Shown piece by piece: positions 1-9,832 of a DNA stretch of 64,000 bases. Source of the DNA: an uncultured virus (IMG/VR IMGVR_UViG_3300031715_000005). Lineage: Duplodnaviria; Heunggongvirae; Uroviricota; Caudoviricetes. The number at the start of each line of letters is the position of its first letter. Positions within the stretch are counted from its first letter, which is position 1. Made by a program: the position numbers and the translations under genes. Below the pieces are notes generated by a model. The model worked only from the letters and a program-made list of their open reading frames with translations. It was not told where the DNA came from and searched no databases. The DNA lies in the IMG/VR virus record IMGVR_UViG_3300031715_000005, one strand, 5' to 3'.

Positions 1-127
1 ACAATCAGCAGTCCGAAATGTGCGAGGCCGAACGGCGAAGAATTTTGGAAAGGTGGAAGAAAAGCCTTGAGGATATTCAGAAAGCTCTGAAAAAACAGAG
101 CTATCCGAAAGAGAACGGAGGAAAATC

Positions 128-640
128 GTGAAACGAACCTTCGCAGTGGCAGCTTTGATTCTGCTTTATTCGGGAACAATGCTGGCTCAGGAACCGGACG
201 CAAAACACGGAAAGTTTGCCACGGCCGTGCTTTGGATTCCGCAGCATTGGAGGCCGATTGCGGCTACAGTATTCGTAATGGGCTCTTCCGTAGCGGCAAC
301 GCACTGGAGTCACGAATGCCGTGAGAAATTCGGGCCAGCACCCTGCGAGGGAGGTTACGGAGCGTACTCCGCGCGAGAGGGAGTACGGGGCGGGATGTCG
401 CTGACGATGGATTTAATGTCGCTGTATGGCCGTAAAAAGGGTTACAAGGAGTGGCTCCTGCCGGCGGGAGCGTGGGGAGTGTATAACGTCTACGTGGCCG
501 CGCATCAAGCCGGGATCGGTTGCCCGACGGGAGAGCACTTCGTTTACGGAACGAAGTTCACTTGCATAGAAAATTATCCGCCTGGTTGGGGCGCCCAATT
601 GGTGCCGGAGGCGTTCAAGAATCATGCTCACGCCTTCTGA
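128..640 (+). CDS. Secreted/membrane hypothetical protein
   Basis: Signal peptide MKRTFAVAALILLYSGTMLA-Q followed by hydrophobic segments. Confidence 0.6.
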   Translation: MKRTFAVAALILLYSGTMLAQEPDAKHGKFATAVLWIPQHWRPIAATVFVMGSSVAATHWSHECREKFGPAPCEGGYGAYSAREGVRGGMSLTMDLMSLYGRKKGYKEWLLPAGAWGVYNVYVAAHQAGIGCPTGEHFVYGTKFTCIENYPPGWGAQLVPEAFKNHAHAF

Positions 641-1265
641 ATTTATCGAAGCTGCGCGAGTCCCTGTGACTCTAAAGCCGCAAACGTTCGGGCCGTGGGA
701 GATTCGGAGGACGGAAATCAAGCAACTGCTGAAGTTGCCTTTCTCGGAGCGGCTCAAGGCACAACTGCGTATTGGGTTCGACAGCTATACGCTTCTGGAA
801 CGGCAATCCTGGAATACCCTGCATCTAGCGCGACCGGAAGTCGTCATGGAAGATACGCTTCAGGAGTTGCAAAGACATCTGCCAATTTGGTTGAACGCGA
901 AGGGAAGCGTGCTTGTGACGGGACTTGGCCTTGGGTGTGTTGTCCGGGGGTTGCTGGCTTCTGCGGCCGTCGAGAGGATTACCGTTGTAGAGATAGACGC
1001 TTCGATCCTCCGGATCGTCGGGCATGAGTTCAAGAGCAACCCACGAGTGGAGCTGATTCACGGGGATGCGCTGAAGGTGCCGTTGCGAGACAGGAAGTTT
1101 GATTTTGCGTGGCATGATCTGTGGACCGACGGTGAAGAGCATTTGGTAATTTTGCACGTCAAACTTATTCACCGATTCAAAAAGCGGTGTCGGGCGCAGG
1201 GGGCGTGGCAGCTTCCGCGGATGATCAAGCGGATCGTGAGGAGACACGTCGCGCTGTTGGGGTGA
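624..1265 (+). CDS. Class I SAM-dependent methyltransferase, spermidine-synthase-like
   Basis: VLVTGLGLG, ITVVEID, IHGDAL and FDFAWHDLW Rossmann motifs. Confidence 0.8.
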   Translation: MLTPSEFIEAARVPVTLKPQTFGPWEIRRTEIKQLLKLPFSERLKAQLRIGFDSYTLLERQSWNTLHLARPEVVMEDTLQELQRHLPIWLNAKGSVLVTGLGLGCVVRGLLASAAVERITVVEIDASILRIVGHEFKSNPRVELIHGDALKVPLRDRKFDFAWHDLWTDGEEHLVILHVKLIHRFKKRCRAQGAWQLPRMIKRIVRRHVALLG

Positions 1266-1268
1266 GCA

Positions 1269-1820
1269 ATGCTTTCGAATTGGCGGGAATGCAGGAGACG
1301 AAAAGATAATGGCGAGCGATGCGGCCGCGTATTCCGGATCTCGCGGGAAAGTTCGACGAAGTGCCGCGAATGCCTCCGAGAGATCAAGGAAGCAAAACAG
1401 GCGAAGCGCGCGGACCGACGCAAGCGCGCCGGCGAATACGTGAAGCCTCGCGGCGAGTTTTGGGGAAAGAATAATCGCAAGCGCCAGGTGGAAGAGGTTG
1501 GCTCGAAGTGCGAGGTTTGCGGAATGACCGAAGTGCAATGTATTGCTGACTTCGGGTGTAGGCTCACGCGAGATCATATTCTGCCAGTGAGATACATTTC
1601 GGAACATGAGCTAGGCAATCCGAACGTAGACCTGAACATCAAAATGACGTGCTCCGGATGCTGCGGGAAAAAAACGGCAGCGGAGGTCAAGCTGTTCAAT
1701 GGGGATATGCTCGGATTCTTGACGGACCTGAAGAAGTGGGGATGGGAGATGGTGGAAGTGAGGATGGTGCTGAAGTTTTACGGGGTGTATTCTACGGCGA
1801 TGGAACACCATTTTCATTGA
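1269..1820 (+). CDS. HNH-like zinc-binding endonuclease
   Basis: CEVCG...DHILP...NIKMTCSGC pattern; additional N-terminal CxxC pairs. Confidence 0.6.
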   Translation: MLSNWRECRRRKDNGERCGRVFRISRESSTKCRECLREIKEAKQAKRADRRKRAGEYVKPRGEFWGKNNRKRQVEEVGSKCEVCGMTEVQCIADFGCRLTRDHILPVRYISEHELGNPNVDLNIKMTCSGCCGKKTAAEVKLFNGDMLGFLTDLKKWGWEMVEVRMVLKFYGVYSTAMEHHFH

Positions 1821-1845
1821 CGTATTTCGCTGCATTCGCTACAAT
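1817..1845 (+). promoter_or_regulatory. Sigma70-type promoter (probably leaderless transcript)
   Basis: TTGACG-17 nt-TACAAT; GTG at 1853 lies 7 nt downstream. Confidence 0.7.
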
Positions 1846-1852
1846 CAGTGAA

Positions 1853-2053
1853 GTGGTGACAGAAGATCAACTTCGGAAAATGCTCAGGCGAAAAGTGGCG
1901 GCTTTTAAGACCCAGACCGCTCTAGCGGTAGCGATTGGTATTCCGGCAAGTTTTCTATCGGAGGTGCTCAGTGGGAGAGCGGTAACGGGGAAAATAGTGT
2001 CGTTCCTAGGATACGAGAAAGTCAAAACAAAATTCTTTGTGAGGCGGAAATGA
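1853..2053 (+). CDS. Cro/XRE-like HTH regulator
   Basis: TQTALAVAIGIPASFLSEVLSG helix-turn-helix. Confidence 0.7.
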   Translation: MVTEDQLRKMLRRKVAAFKTQTALAVAIGIPASFLSEVLSGRAVTGKIVSFLGYEKVKTKFFVRRK

Positions 2054-2673
2054 TCGAGCGGAAGCCATATCCTTTGGACTGGCCGGATGGATGGCCACGG
2101 ACTTTATTGAGGGATCGCCAGAAGCGCGGAGCGTGGAAAGATACGCTCTTGGCGAGCGCGGAGAAACTCCGAAAAGAGCTTGAGAAATTTAGCGCGATGT
2201 CCTTCGTTATTTCCTGCAACATGCCTCCAATGGGCAAAAACTTCCAGAATGTGCCACCCCCAGGAGATACGGGAGTTGCTGTTTGGTTCTCGCGTAAGCG
2301 GGAAGATGATTACTCTTGGCAGGAGACACTGCACATCAATTCGCCGTCTCCGAGTGAAGCGGAGATCAAAGCGGCTTTCAAGACATTGGCAGGGAAATAT
2401 CATCCGGACAATCAACAAACCGGGGACATCAACATCTACAGCCGGTACGATGAAGCGAAGAATCGAGCATTGGACTTCATCGCTCGCAAAACGGGAGCAA
2501 ACTACCAGCAAGTAATTGCCATTGACACGTTCGATGAAGTACGGCTCAATATGCGCGCAATCCAAATGGCGATGAGCTATCTTCGCGGTTTGGAAAACTG
2601 CGGGGCTCCGCGGATTCTGGAACGCGCATTCGAAGGATTTTCAGCAGCGATCACGGAGAAGTCCAGTGGATAA
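2050..2673 (+). CDS. Phage J-domain (DnaJ-like) protein
   Basis: YPLDWPDGWPRT N-terminus; EIKAAFKTLAGKYHPD J-domain motif. Confidence 0.85.
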   Translation: MIERKPYPLDWPDGWPRTLLRDRQKRGAWKDTLLASAEKLRKELEKFSAMSFVISCNMPPMGKNFQNVPPPGDTGVAVWFSRKREDDYSWQETLHINSPSPSEAEIKAAFKTLAGKYHPDNQQTGDINIYSRYDEAKNRALDFIARKTGANYQQVIAIDTFDEVRLNMRAIQMAMSYLRGLENCGAPRILERAFEGFSAAITEKSSG

Positions 2674-3151
2674 ACAGCTTCCAGCTCCGACCGGCAGTAC
2701 TGGCGTAGATGTGGACCTTCTCATGCGGAAGGTCAAGAGGCTCGAGGGCGAGCGCGACGATGCGATCCAGGCATTGGCGGATGAAAAGAAAAAGACGGCC
2801 TCGATGGTGCGTGCCATTGCCAATCTGCGGGAGATCTTGAATCCTGTCCATCAAGGGTTACGCGCGATTTTCGGCGAGATCGAAGCGGTTGGTGTAAATG
2901 AAGTGACGCCTGCGGCGGCGGCCGGCGGATCGGCACCTTCCAGCTATTGGGACGAAATGAAGAAGCGTTGGCCGGGGAAAGCGACTGACATAATTAGTGT
3001 TTTACTTTTACAAAAATCGCTCAATGCTACGCAGCTTGCCCATGCCACGCGCTCAGGAATAAATACGGTTTATAAGGCGGTCGAAAAGATGGTGAATGCA
3101 GGAGTCGTGCAAAAAAGTGGCAAGATCTATTCTTTGATCGAGCCACGTTAA
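2666..3151 (+). CDS. Coiled-coil plus winged-helix protein
   Basis: N-terminal heptads; C-terminal LNATQLAHATRSGINTVYKAVEKM wHTH. Confidence 0.6.
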   Translation: MDKQLPAPTGSTGVDVDLLMRKVKRLEGERDDAIQALADEKKKTASMVRAIANLREILNPVHQGLRAIFGEIEAVGVNEVTPAAAAGGSAPSSYWDEMKKRWPGKATDIISVLLLQKSLNATQLAHATRSGINTVYKAVEKMVNAGVVQKSGKIYSLIEPR

Positions 3152-3322
3152 CGTGGATGGGGTTCTATCGCTATCGGTGCGTGCAATGCAAAGCGGAAGT
3201 AGTCGAAGAATCACGCGGGGAAGAGAAAGAGCATGGCGGCCGGATTCAAGGGGCGATGTGCCGAAGCTGTCGCAGGCGGATCGTGGAAGAGTTTTGGGAA
3301 GTCAAATTGAAAGGGAGGGTAC

Positions 3323-3697
3323 ATGAAATTCAGCAACGGATTCAGGATCGGAGTTTGGGTGGGAATCTTGACGTTGGGAACGATAGGAGTTGTGGCGAAG
3401 CAGGCAACTTCTCCGGCTCCAGCTCAGAAGGGCGCGGCCACGTCCGATCCGGCACAGACGGCGACTAAGACTCCATCGGCTCAGTGGCTCATGGATTACG
3501 ACAGCTACATGGCGCTCAACCGGGTGATCGTCAATCTGAAGCAGCAAAACGGGATTGACAAACTCGAAGCGGAGCTAAACCGCCAAGGAAATGCGCTGGC
3601 TGTACAGATCCCCGCAGGATACACATTCGATCCGGTGAAGAAAGTATTTATCCTGCCTCCATCGAGTCCAGCTCCTCTGCCTCCAGCTCCGAAATAA
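3323..3697 (+). CDS. Membrane-anchored/secreted hypothetical protein
   Basis: GGGAGG RBS, N-terminal hydrophobic helix, Pro-rich tail. Confidence 0.6.
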   Translation: MKFSNGFRIGVWVGILTLGTIGVVAKQATSPAPAQKGAATSDPAQTATKTPSAQWLMDYDSYMALNRVIVNLKQQNGIDKLEAELNRQGNALAVQIPAGYTFDPVKKVFILPPSSPAPLPPAPK

Positions 3698-3701
3698 GCC
3701 G

Positions 3702-3956
3702 ATGGAGCACGTTTGCAAGCGGTGCGGCGTACGTCCGGCACGCTGCATTTCGAAGAAACGGCATGCACGGAAGCAATGGCGCTATGTGAAGGGGCATGAT
3801 CTTTGCCGGCAATGCTTCGAGTCCACGGCGGATAGTGCCAAGTCGCGGAGCTTCGAAACGGCTGAGATAGCCTGGGATGCTCCGCAGGTGGCAGTGATTC
3901 TCAGTTTCTCGATGGTGGCAGATTTGTTGAAAATCACGGCGAGGGTACAAGCTTGA
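3702..3956 (+). CDS. Small zinc-finger hypothetical protein
   Basis: CKRC...CRQC. Confidence 0.45.
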   Translation: MEHVCKRCGVRPARCISKKRHARKQWRYVKGHDLCRQCFESTADSAKSRSFETAEIAWDAPQVAVILSFSMVADLLKITARVQA

Positions 3957-4222
3957 GCTTGGGTCAGGGCGCACCTTTGATGGGAAGGCCGATTCCAGTC
4001 CCGAAATGCCCCTGGTGTGAGAAACCAGCATCCAAAACACTCTGGCTCCAAATTGAGGTTCCTCCCAAATCCGGACTCATTTTCCAGATCATGTATTGCG
4101 GCCACGATGATTGTCACAAGGTCACAGGTTGGGTGTTCATGGGCGAGAAAAAACCTCTGATCGAGGCTCCTCCAGGCTCAACTATTCCTCCGAACTTTGA
4201 TCCCACCAAACTACATGGCTGA
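3953..4222 (+). CDS. Small zinc-ribbon hypothetical protein
   Basis: CPWC...CGHDDC; overlaps neighbours in operon style. Confidence 0.5.
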   Translation: MSLGQGAPLMGRPIPVPKCPWCEKPASKTLWLQIEVPPKSGLIFQIMYCGHDDCHKVTGWVFMGEKKPLIEAPPGSTIPPNFDPTKLHG

Positions 4223-5015
4223 AGAGACTCCAGTTACGATTTGGGATGCGCTGGAGGCGAAGTTCTCGCTTCCCTATCACATCTTTTTGCGCGAGGTCCG
4301 CGACGATACGGGCTTCTATTCCAGCCGATCGGCGGACGCCATCGCGATCAGTCTCTATGCCAGTCGCGGGCAGGCTCTCTCGGCATTTGAAGTAAAGCAC
4401 TCACGTTCGGACTGGCTTGGAGAGCTAAAGCGGCCGGACAAGGCCGAAACCATCGGTAAGTACTGCGACTACTTCTGGCTGGTGACGGCGGAAAAGACCA
4501 TTGCCAAACTGGAAGAGATCCCGGCGAAGTGGGGATGGCTGAATTTCACCGGAAAACAGGTGCGCGTGATGAAGTGGGCGTTAAAGATCACGGGCAGACC
4601 TTTAGACCGGGCAATGCTCGCATCCTTGGCAATCAAGATCATGCGGAAATACAAACTGGAAGGGGAAACGACTCTAAAAGAGCAGGTAGCCGCAGGAGTC
4701 AAGGCGGAGCATTCCAGCCTCCAACACCGATTGAAAAGCACGGCGGATGAAAGAGACAGACTGGAAAAAATCATCCAAGATTTTGAGAAGGCGAGCGGTG
4801 TGCAAATGAGGTGGACCCGCAACTCCACCATAGAGATCGGCAATGCAGTGAGGCGAGTGCTTGACGGTCACGATGGAGCTGAAGAGTACTTGGAACAACT
4901 CAAGCAGTTTCAGCAACGTGCGGCGAATCTGGCTCTCAATCTTGAAAGAGAGATTACTGAGGCAGATGCAGTTCGAATCTCCAAGTCGGTTGAACCTCCG
5001 GTGCTTCCGACGTGA
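4215..5015 (+). CDS. MmcB-like PD-(D/E)xK nuclease with C-terminal coiled coil
   Basis: ADAIAI...FEVKHSRSDWLGELKRPDK...CDYFWLV. Confidence 0.7.
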   Translation: MAEETPVTIWDALEAKFSLPYHIFLREVRDDTGFYSSRSADAIAISLYASRGQALSAFEVKHSRSDWLGELKRPDKAETIGKYCDYFWLVTAEKTIAKLEEIPAKWGWLNFTGKQVRVMKWALKITGRPLDRAMLASLAIKIMRKYKLEGETTLKEQVAAGVKAEHSSLQHRLKSTADERDRLEKIIQDFEKASGVQMRWTRNSTIEIGNAVRRVLDGHDGAEEYLEQLKQFQQRAANLALNLEREITEADAVRISKSVEPPVLPT

Positions 5016-5081
5016 GGTGCTCGGATTATGCGAGAATGAGGAGCCAGCATCTTGTTTGTTCTATCGAATCGGGAAAAAGCA

Positions 5082-5534
5082 ATGGCGAAGAAAAAAGGGA
5101 AGAAAGTCGGACGGCCCAGGACGGAACTGAACGAACGGCAGATTATGACAGCCGCGGCGCTAGGGTCCACTTACGAGGAGATTGCAGCACTATTGGGGAT
5201 TTGCGCAAAGACGCTGGCGAACGGGAAAACGAGTGAAGGCAGGCCGTGGAAGGATGTGATCGAGCAGGGCAGGTTGAACGGGAACGTGAGTTTACGGCGG
5301 CGGATGTGGGCGATGGCCATGAGTGAAAGCAAGGGAGCGGCCACAATGCTGATTTGGTTGAGCAAGAATCGGCTCGGAATGACGGATAAGGTAGAAGTGG
5401 ATAATTCTAAACTTCCTCCTCCGCCGAACATACAGGTTGTGTTTGTGACGAAGGAAGAAGAGCGGAGGCGAATCAGCACGCCTCCTCCGCCGGCAATCGA
5501 AATGGTTCCGGCAGAAAGCGGGAAGGAAGCATGA
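5082..5534 (+). CDS. Probable terminase small subunit
   Basis: GRP + HTH (STYEEIAALLGICAKTL), SLRRRMW, ATMLIWLSKNRLGMTDKVEV. Confidence 0.65.
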   Translation: MAKKKGKKVGRPRTELNERQIMTAAALGSTYEEIAALLGICAKTLANGKTSEGRPWKDVIEQGRLNGNVSLRRRMWAMAMSESKGAATMLIWLSKNRLGMTDKVEVDNSKLPPPPNIQVVFVTKEEERRRISTPPPPAIEMVPAESGKEA

Positions 5535-5761
5535 GCACAAAAGCGGAGGGAATTAGCTGTTACAACAAAGCGGCTGACGATGAACCGCTCTTTGTTTTGC
5601 GGCCGACGGATGCCCTGGCTCCAAGAGTTGTCGAGAACTGGATCATGCGTGGGATAGCGGCGGGGGTGCCGACCGAGAAAATCACTTGGGCGCGCCTCCA
5701 ATTGCATGCCATGAAGCAATGGCAGCGCAATCACCCGGACAAGGTAAAGCTTCCGGATTGA
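5531..5761 (+). CDS. Conserved phage hypothetical protein
   Basis: KAADDEPLFVLRPTDALAP motif; ATGA overlap with upstream gene. Confidence 0.6.
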   Translation: MSTKAEGISCYNKAADDEPLFVLRPTDALAPRVVENWIMRGIAAGVPTEKITWARLQLHAMKQWQRNHPDKVKLPD

Positions 5762-5770
5762 GGAGCCGTC

Positions 5771-5989
5771 ATGCAGATTTTAGCCGAAGTGATAGATGAA
5801 CGCCTAGCGAAGTGGGGACAGCGGTTGAAAGAACAGAACGCGAGTCCCGTAATTTTGGTAGGGATTGGGCACGACCGGAACAGTGGCAATACCGTGCTTT
5901 GTACGGTCGAAAACGAGGAAATGAGCATTCAAGTTCTACGCGCTTTGTTAGTCAATGCAGTTGAGTTGCTCGACAATCTAGACAAATGA
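5771..5989 (+). CDS. Hypothetical protein
   Basis: GAGGAG RBS, compact ORF. Confidence 0.55.
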   Translation: MQILAEVIDERLAKWGQRLKEQNASPVILVGIGHDRNSGNTVLCTVENEEMSIQVLRALLVNAVELLDNLDK

Positions 5990-6409
5990 AGGCGCGTATT
6001 GTGATCGGCAATTGGCCACGAGGCGGCCGGACGTTGGTAAGTCGGGAGGTAACGCATGAAAATGGAGCATCTTTGGGCAGTGAACTACACACGGAACGGC
6101 GAGAGGAGCTTCGAACATCTATGGATTTTGGCGCGGACCCTGGAAGCTTCCGTGCACAAGGCGAGAAAATTTTTGCGTCGAAAATACAAAAGCGCAATGA
6201 ATCCGAGTGACTGAAGCTAGGTATCACGGCACGATTGACGTGTTCTGAAAAAAAATGGACTGGCCATTTAAGGGATATTCGGAGCGAGAGTTCTACGCGC
6301 TGCCAATTAAAATGCAGCGAGATTTGATGAATTTGCCACCGGGCCAGAATCCGCCTTGTCCGAGTTTCTTTAAGCGACCAAAGGGAGTGAGGGTTCCTCG
6401 GCCATTAAG

Positions 6410-7096
6410 ATGAAAAAGCGGGAAAAACTCGGCAAAGATGAACTGATCAAGAGGGGCGAGCTGATCTTCGATGATCGGAACGCAAACAAAGGGACTCGCC
6501 GCGGTCGAGCAATGGTGCTCAGTTCGCTGGAGAGTTATGGCGCCGGTCGGTCAGTGTTGGCGGATCGGCATGGGCGCATCATTGCCGGCAACAAGACTCT
6601 AGAAGCGGCTCAGAAATTGGACATGCCGACGCGCGTAGTCGAAACGGACGGCAAAGAGCTGATCGTAGTCAAGCGCAAGGATTTGGACCTGAAGAAAGGC
6701 ACTAAGGCCGCAGAGCTGGCTGTAGCCGACAATCAGACATCGGCGGTTGGGCTCAGGTGGGATGCGGATATCATGGCGGATCTTCGCCTGAACGCGGACC
6801 TTTCCGGACTCTTCACCGAGGAAGAGTTGGACAAGATCACGGAGGATGCCAGCGACGTTGATCCCACAGACGAGATTCCAGAAATGGCCATCGAGCCATT
6901 CGAGCACTATGATTATATCGTGCTCGTGTTCCGGGATAGTCGGGACTTCCTGGTAGGCTGCGAACAGTTTGGGATTCAGCGGGTGAAATTTACGTTCGAG
7001 GGAAAAAAGAAAAAGAAGGCAGCTGCGAAAATTGGGCTTGGACGCTGCATTGACGGCGCGGCTTTCTTGAAACGCGCCACGATTCGATTAAAGTAG
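6410..7096 (+). CDS. ParB/Srx-like N-terminal domain protein
   Basis: DDRNAN...SLESYGAGRSVLADRHGRIIAGNKTLEAA...ADNQTS. Confidence 0.8.
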   Translation: MKKREKLGKDELIKRGELIFDDRNANKGTRRGRAMVLSSLESYGAGRSVLADRHGRIIAGNKTLEAAQKLDMPTRVVETDGKELIVVKRKDLDLKKGTKAAELAVADNQTSAVGLRWDADIMADLRLNADLSGLFTEEELDKITEDASDVDPTDEIPEMAIEPFEHYDYIVLVFRDSRDFLVGCEQFGIQRVKFTFEGKKKKKAAAKIGLGRCIDGAAFLKRATIRLK

Positions 7097-7119
7097 AAAT
7101 TCTATTTAAGGAATAGCCG

Positions 7120-7488
7120 ATGGGGCATTGCCTGCTTCTGATCCTCACGCTTTGCCAAGCCGTACGTGATAAGCCCGTGTTGATTCTGACTTCTCTTCAG
7201 GCTTCAGCTTTTCTTGCGGACGGTATTCTCACACACAAGACGGTTGGGGCTGGGCAGTACGAATCCGATCCGCTCACGCGGCCGTGTGTAGGATCGCCGG
7301 CGACCTGGAAGCGGATGGCGCCGTGTGGAGCGGCCGTAGTGGTAGGCGAGATGTGGCTTGCGGAGAAAATGCGCCGGAGCAAGCATGGATGGATGCGGAA
7401 GGTCTGGTGGCTTCCGCAGGTGGCGACGATTGGCGCCAGCGCCTATGGGATTCATCGGAACGTACGAATTTTGCGAGGTGCTCCGTGA
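7120..7488 (+). CDS. Membrane hypothetical protein
   Basis: Several hydrophobic helices; WWLP motif loosely resembles WLLP in the ORF at 128. Confidence 0.5.
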   Translation: MGHCLLLILTLCQAVRDKPVLILTSLQASAFLADGILTHKTVGAGQYESDPLTRPCVGSPATWKRMAPCGAAVVVGEMWLAEKMRRSKHGWMRKVWWLPQVATIGASAYGIHRNVRILRGAP

Positions 7489-7612
7489 TATTGGAAGTGC
7501 GGAAACGAACAGATGGAACAATCGAACTACGAAGCGCGGACCAGCGCAATACGATTGTGCTCACCAAAGAGCAGGCTCGCACTCTGGCGAATGCGCTGAT
7601 AGCCGCGACAAA

Positions 7613-8308
7613 ATGAAACCTTATTTCGAGCAAGGGGGCGTCGTAATCTATCATGGCGACTGTGAAGAAATTGTTCCGGAAATTGGGAGCTATGATTTAA
7701 TTGTTGCCGATCCGCCGTACAATCTTGGATTCCTTTATGGCGATAGAGTAGACGATGAGCGGTGCGACTATGCCTCCTGGCTCGCGCGACGAATTGGAAT
7801 TTGCATTATGTTCTTGCCCGACGGTGGCCAGGTATATCTGCATCAACCGTCGCAAAATTTAGCCATAGCATTGCCAATTTTGGAGGGTTGCCACGTCTTG
7901 GCGTGGTGCAAAAACTTTTCTCAAATCTGGCCTTCTCCTTGGAACTACGGAAGTTGGGAGCCGGTACTTTATTGGTCGAAGGGAGAGCCGACGGTAGTGA
8001 ACAAAGCAAATGATGCAGCGTTGGACAGAGATTGGTTTGTGACGAGGGGAGCACTTGGTCTGATAAGGGGAGTGCCCCAAAGATCGGAGCATCCTTGCCC
8101 CAAGCCCACCGATGCAGAAATTCCTTTCATTTTGCGAAGTAGCAATGCTGGTCAGACTGTGCTTGATCCTTTTTGTGGCAGCGGGACGACGTTGGTTGCC
8201 GCAAAAGAGAGTGGACGTAAAGCAATTGGAATAGATATCGAAGAGCGGTGGTGCGAATTGGCTGCGAAGCGCGTTTTTCAACAGGGGTCGTTGAATCTCT
8301 ATGTCTGA
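7613..8308 (+). CDS. DNA N6-adenine/N4-cytosine methyltransferase (beta class)
   Basis: ADPPY, HPCPKP, VLDPFCGSGTT. Confidence 0.92.
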   Translation: MKPYFEQGGVVIYHGDCEEIVPEIGSYDLIVADPPYNLGFLYGDRVDDERCDYASWLARRIGICIMFLPDGGQVYLHQPSQNLAIALPILEGCHVLAWCKNFSQIWPSPWNYGSWEPVLYWSKGEPTVVNKANDAALDRDWFVTRGALGLIRGVPQRSEHPCPKPTDAEIPFILRSSNAGQTVLDPFCGSGTTLVAAKESGRKAIGIDIEERWCELAAKRVFQQGSLNLYV

Positions 8309-9025
8309 GCACGTCACGATCATCATTCCTTCCCGCAAGCGCCCCGGAAGCATTCAAGCTACGTCGGCACTCTTTCCAACCGGAATTTGGTGCGTCTCGA
8401 GGACGGAAGCAGATTCCTACAAGACAACTCAGAAGATCGTTCACCCGGATTCGCTAAAGGGCTGGCAGCAAAACGCCAGTGGATCAACGATCACGTTCCG
8501 GGCATTGTATTCCAGGTGGACGACGATGTGTCGGGACTTTGGGTGAACGTCGGGGAATACGGCCACAAGATCACGTCAGCCGATTCAATTCTCAAGATCA
8601 TCGAAAATGCGGCGCATGTTGCTCAGGCCTGGGGCGCGCCAGTGTTCGGCTTCAGCCAATCTTGGGACGTGCGGAAGTACGATCCCCATGATCCCTTTTC
8701 TCCGACGGGATGGGTGGGCACAGCGATTGGATTCATCGGCCGCGAGATCAAGTACGACACGACTTTGACCGCCCAGGCTGATATTGACTTCTGTTTGCGG
8801 TGCCTGCTGAAGAAACGACACATTTTTATAGACCAACGATATGCCTTCATTTGCAAACGGTTCACGAACGCCGGCGGATCAGCAGGAATCCGGACGGCTG
8901 CGGAGCATGAGGCTCAGGTCCGGAAGGTACTCGACCGTTGGGGCCGATGGGCGTCATTCAGAAAAGCTAAATCCACGATTCGCCTCAACGCAAAGGTTCC
9001 CCGCCGGCAAGCTTTAACTTTCTAA
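8301..9025 (+). CDS. GT-A fold glycosyltransferase (GREB1/TET-associated-like), split by a -1 frameshift near 8456-8462
   Basis: IIIPSRKR in frame 1 continues as LAAKRQWI...QVDDD...QADIDFCL...NAGG in the -1 frame. Confidence 0.7.
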
Positions 9026-9034
9026 AGAAAAAGC

Positions 9035-9062
9035 TTGACAACCTACCCGGAAGCTTTATACT
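9035..9062 (+). promoter_or_regulatory. Sigma70-type promoter with GAAGCT box
   Basis: TTGACA-16 nt-TATACT. Confidence 0.7.
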
Positions 9063-9071
9063 GAAGATGCT

Positions 9072-9635
9072 ATGTATATGATCAAAACGAAACGGGGCTA
9101 CCGCTTTGACGAGGCCAGCTCTGCGATGCAAAAGGCCATCCGGAGAAATGATCCGCGAATCGCCGGCTACTTTGCCATTGAATTTTTCGAATCCGGAATG
9201 TCGAAATACGTCTGGAAGCGACTCCTCACGATTTCCGCGGAAGATTGCGCGGGAGTGATCACGCAAGAAGTCGAAGCTTTGCGAACGGCCTATTGGCTGA
9301 TCAACGATGGACAGAAAGTGCCGACGAAGGGACGCATTTTCATCGCCAAGGCAGTTCTCCTGCTCTGCGCCTGGCCCAAGTCGAGGGATTCGGACCATTT
9401 GACGAATCTGATTTATGACCGAACTTCGACGATGGACGCAACCCAGATCGAAAAGGAACTGGAAGCTTGCCGGGGCGATAAAGTGGAAATTCCGGAATAT
9501 GCCTTGGACTGCCACACGGCGCGCGGAAAGGCGATGGGGAAAAAGAAAAAGGACTTTTTCAAAGAGGAACATGAGGCATTGAAACCTCGACAGCCAGGAC
9601 TCTTCGATGCGGATTTGGAGAAAGCGCAACTATGA
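9072..9635 (+). CDS. Stand-alone RarA/MgsA C-terminal-like helical domain
   Basis: SAMQKAIRRND...WKRLLTISAED...AWPKSR...IPEYALDCHT. Confidence 0.75.
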   Translation: MYMIKTKRGYRFDEASSAMQKAIRRNDPRIAGYFAIEFFESGMSKYVWKRLLTISAEDCAGVITQEVEALRTAYWLINDGQKVPTKGRIFIAKAVLLLCAWPKSRDSDHLTNLIYDRTSTMDATQIEKELEACRGDKVEIPEYALDCHTARGKAMGKKKKDFFKEEHEALKPRQPGLFDADLEKAQL

Positions 9636-9832
9636 AGTGCTCTTGCGGCGGCGACAAGATCGGCTTTGGCTTGGGAGAATGCCCGATGATTCCTTTGGTG
9701 CTCGTTTTGGGATTGGCGGGGCTTGTGGTGGCTCTTTTGCTATGAGATGGCTCTTTCGCATTCTCGTTTTTACTTTCGCGGTTTTTGTTTTCTTCACCGT
9801 AGCTCTTCCGGTCCTTATGGAGTTGCTCTGCC

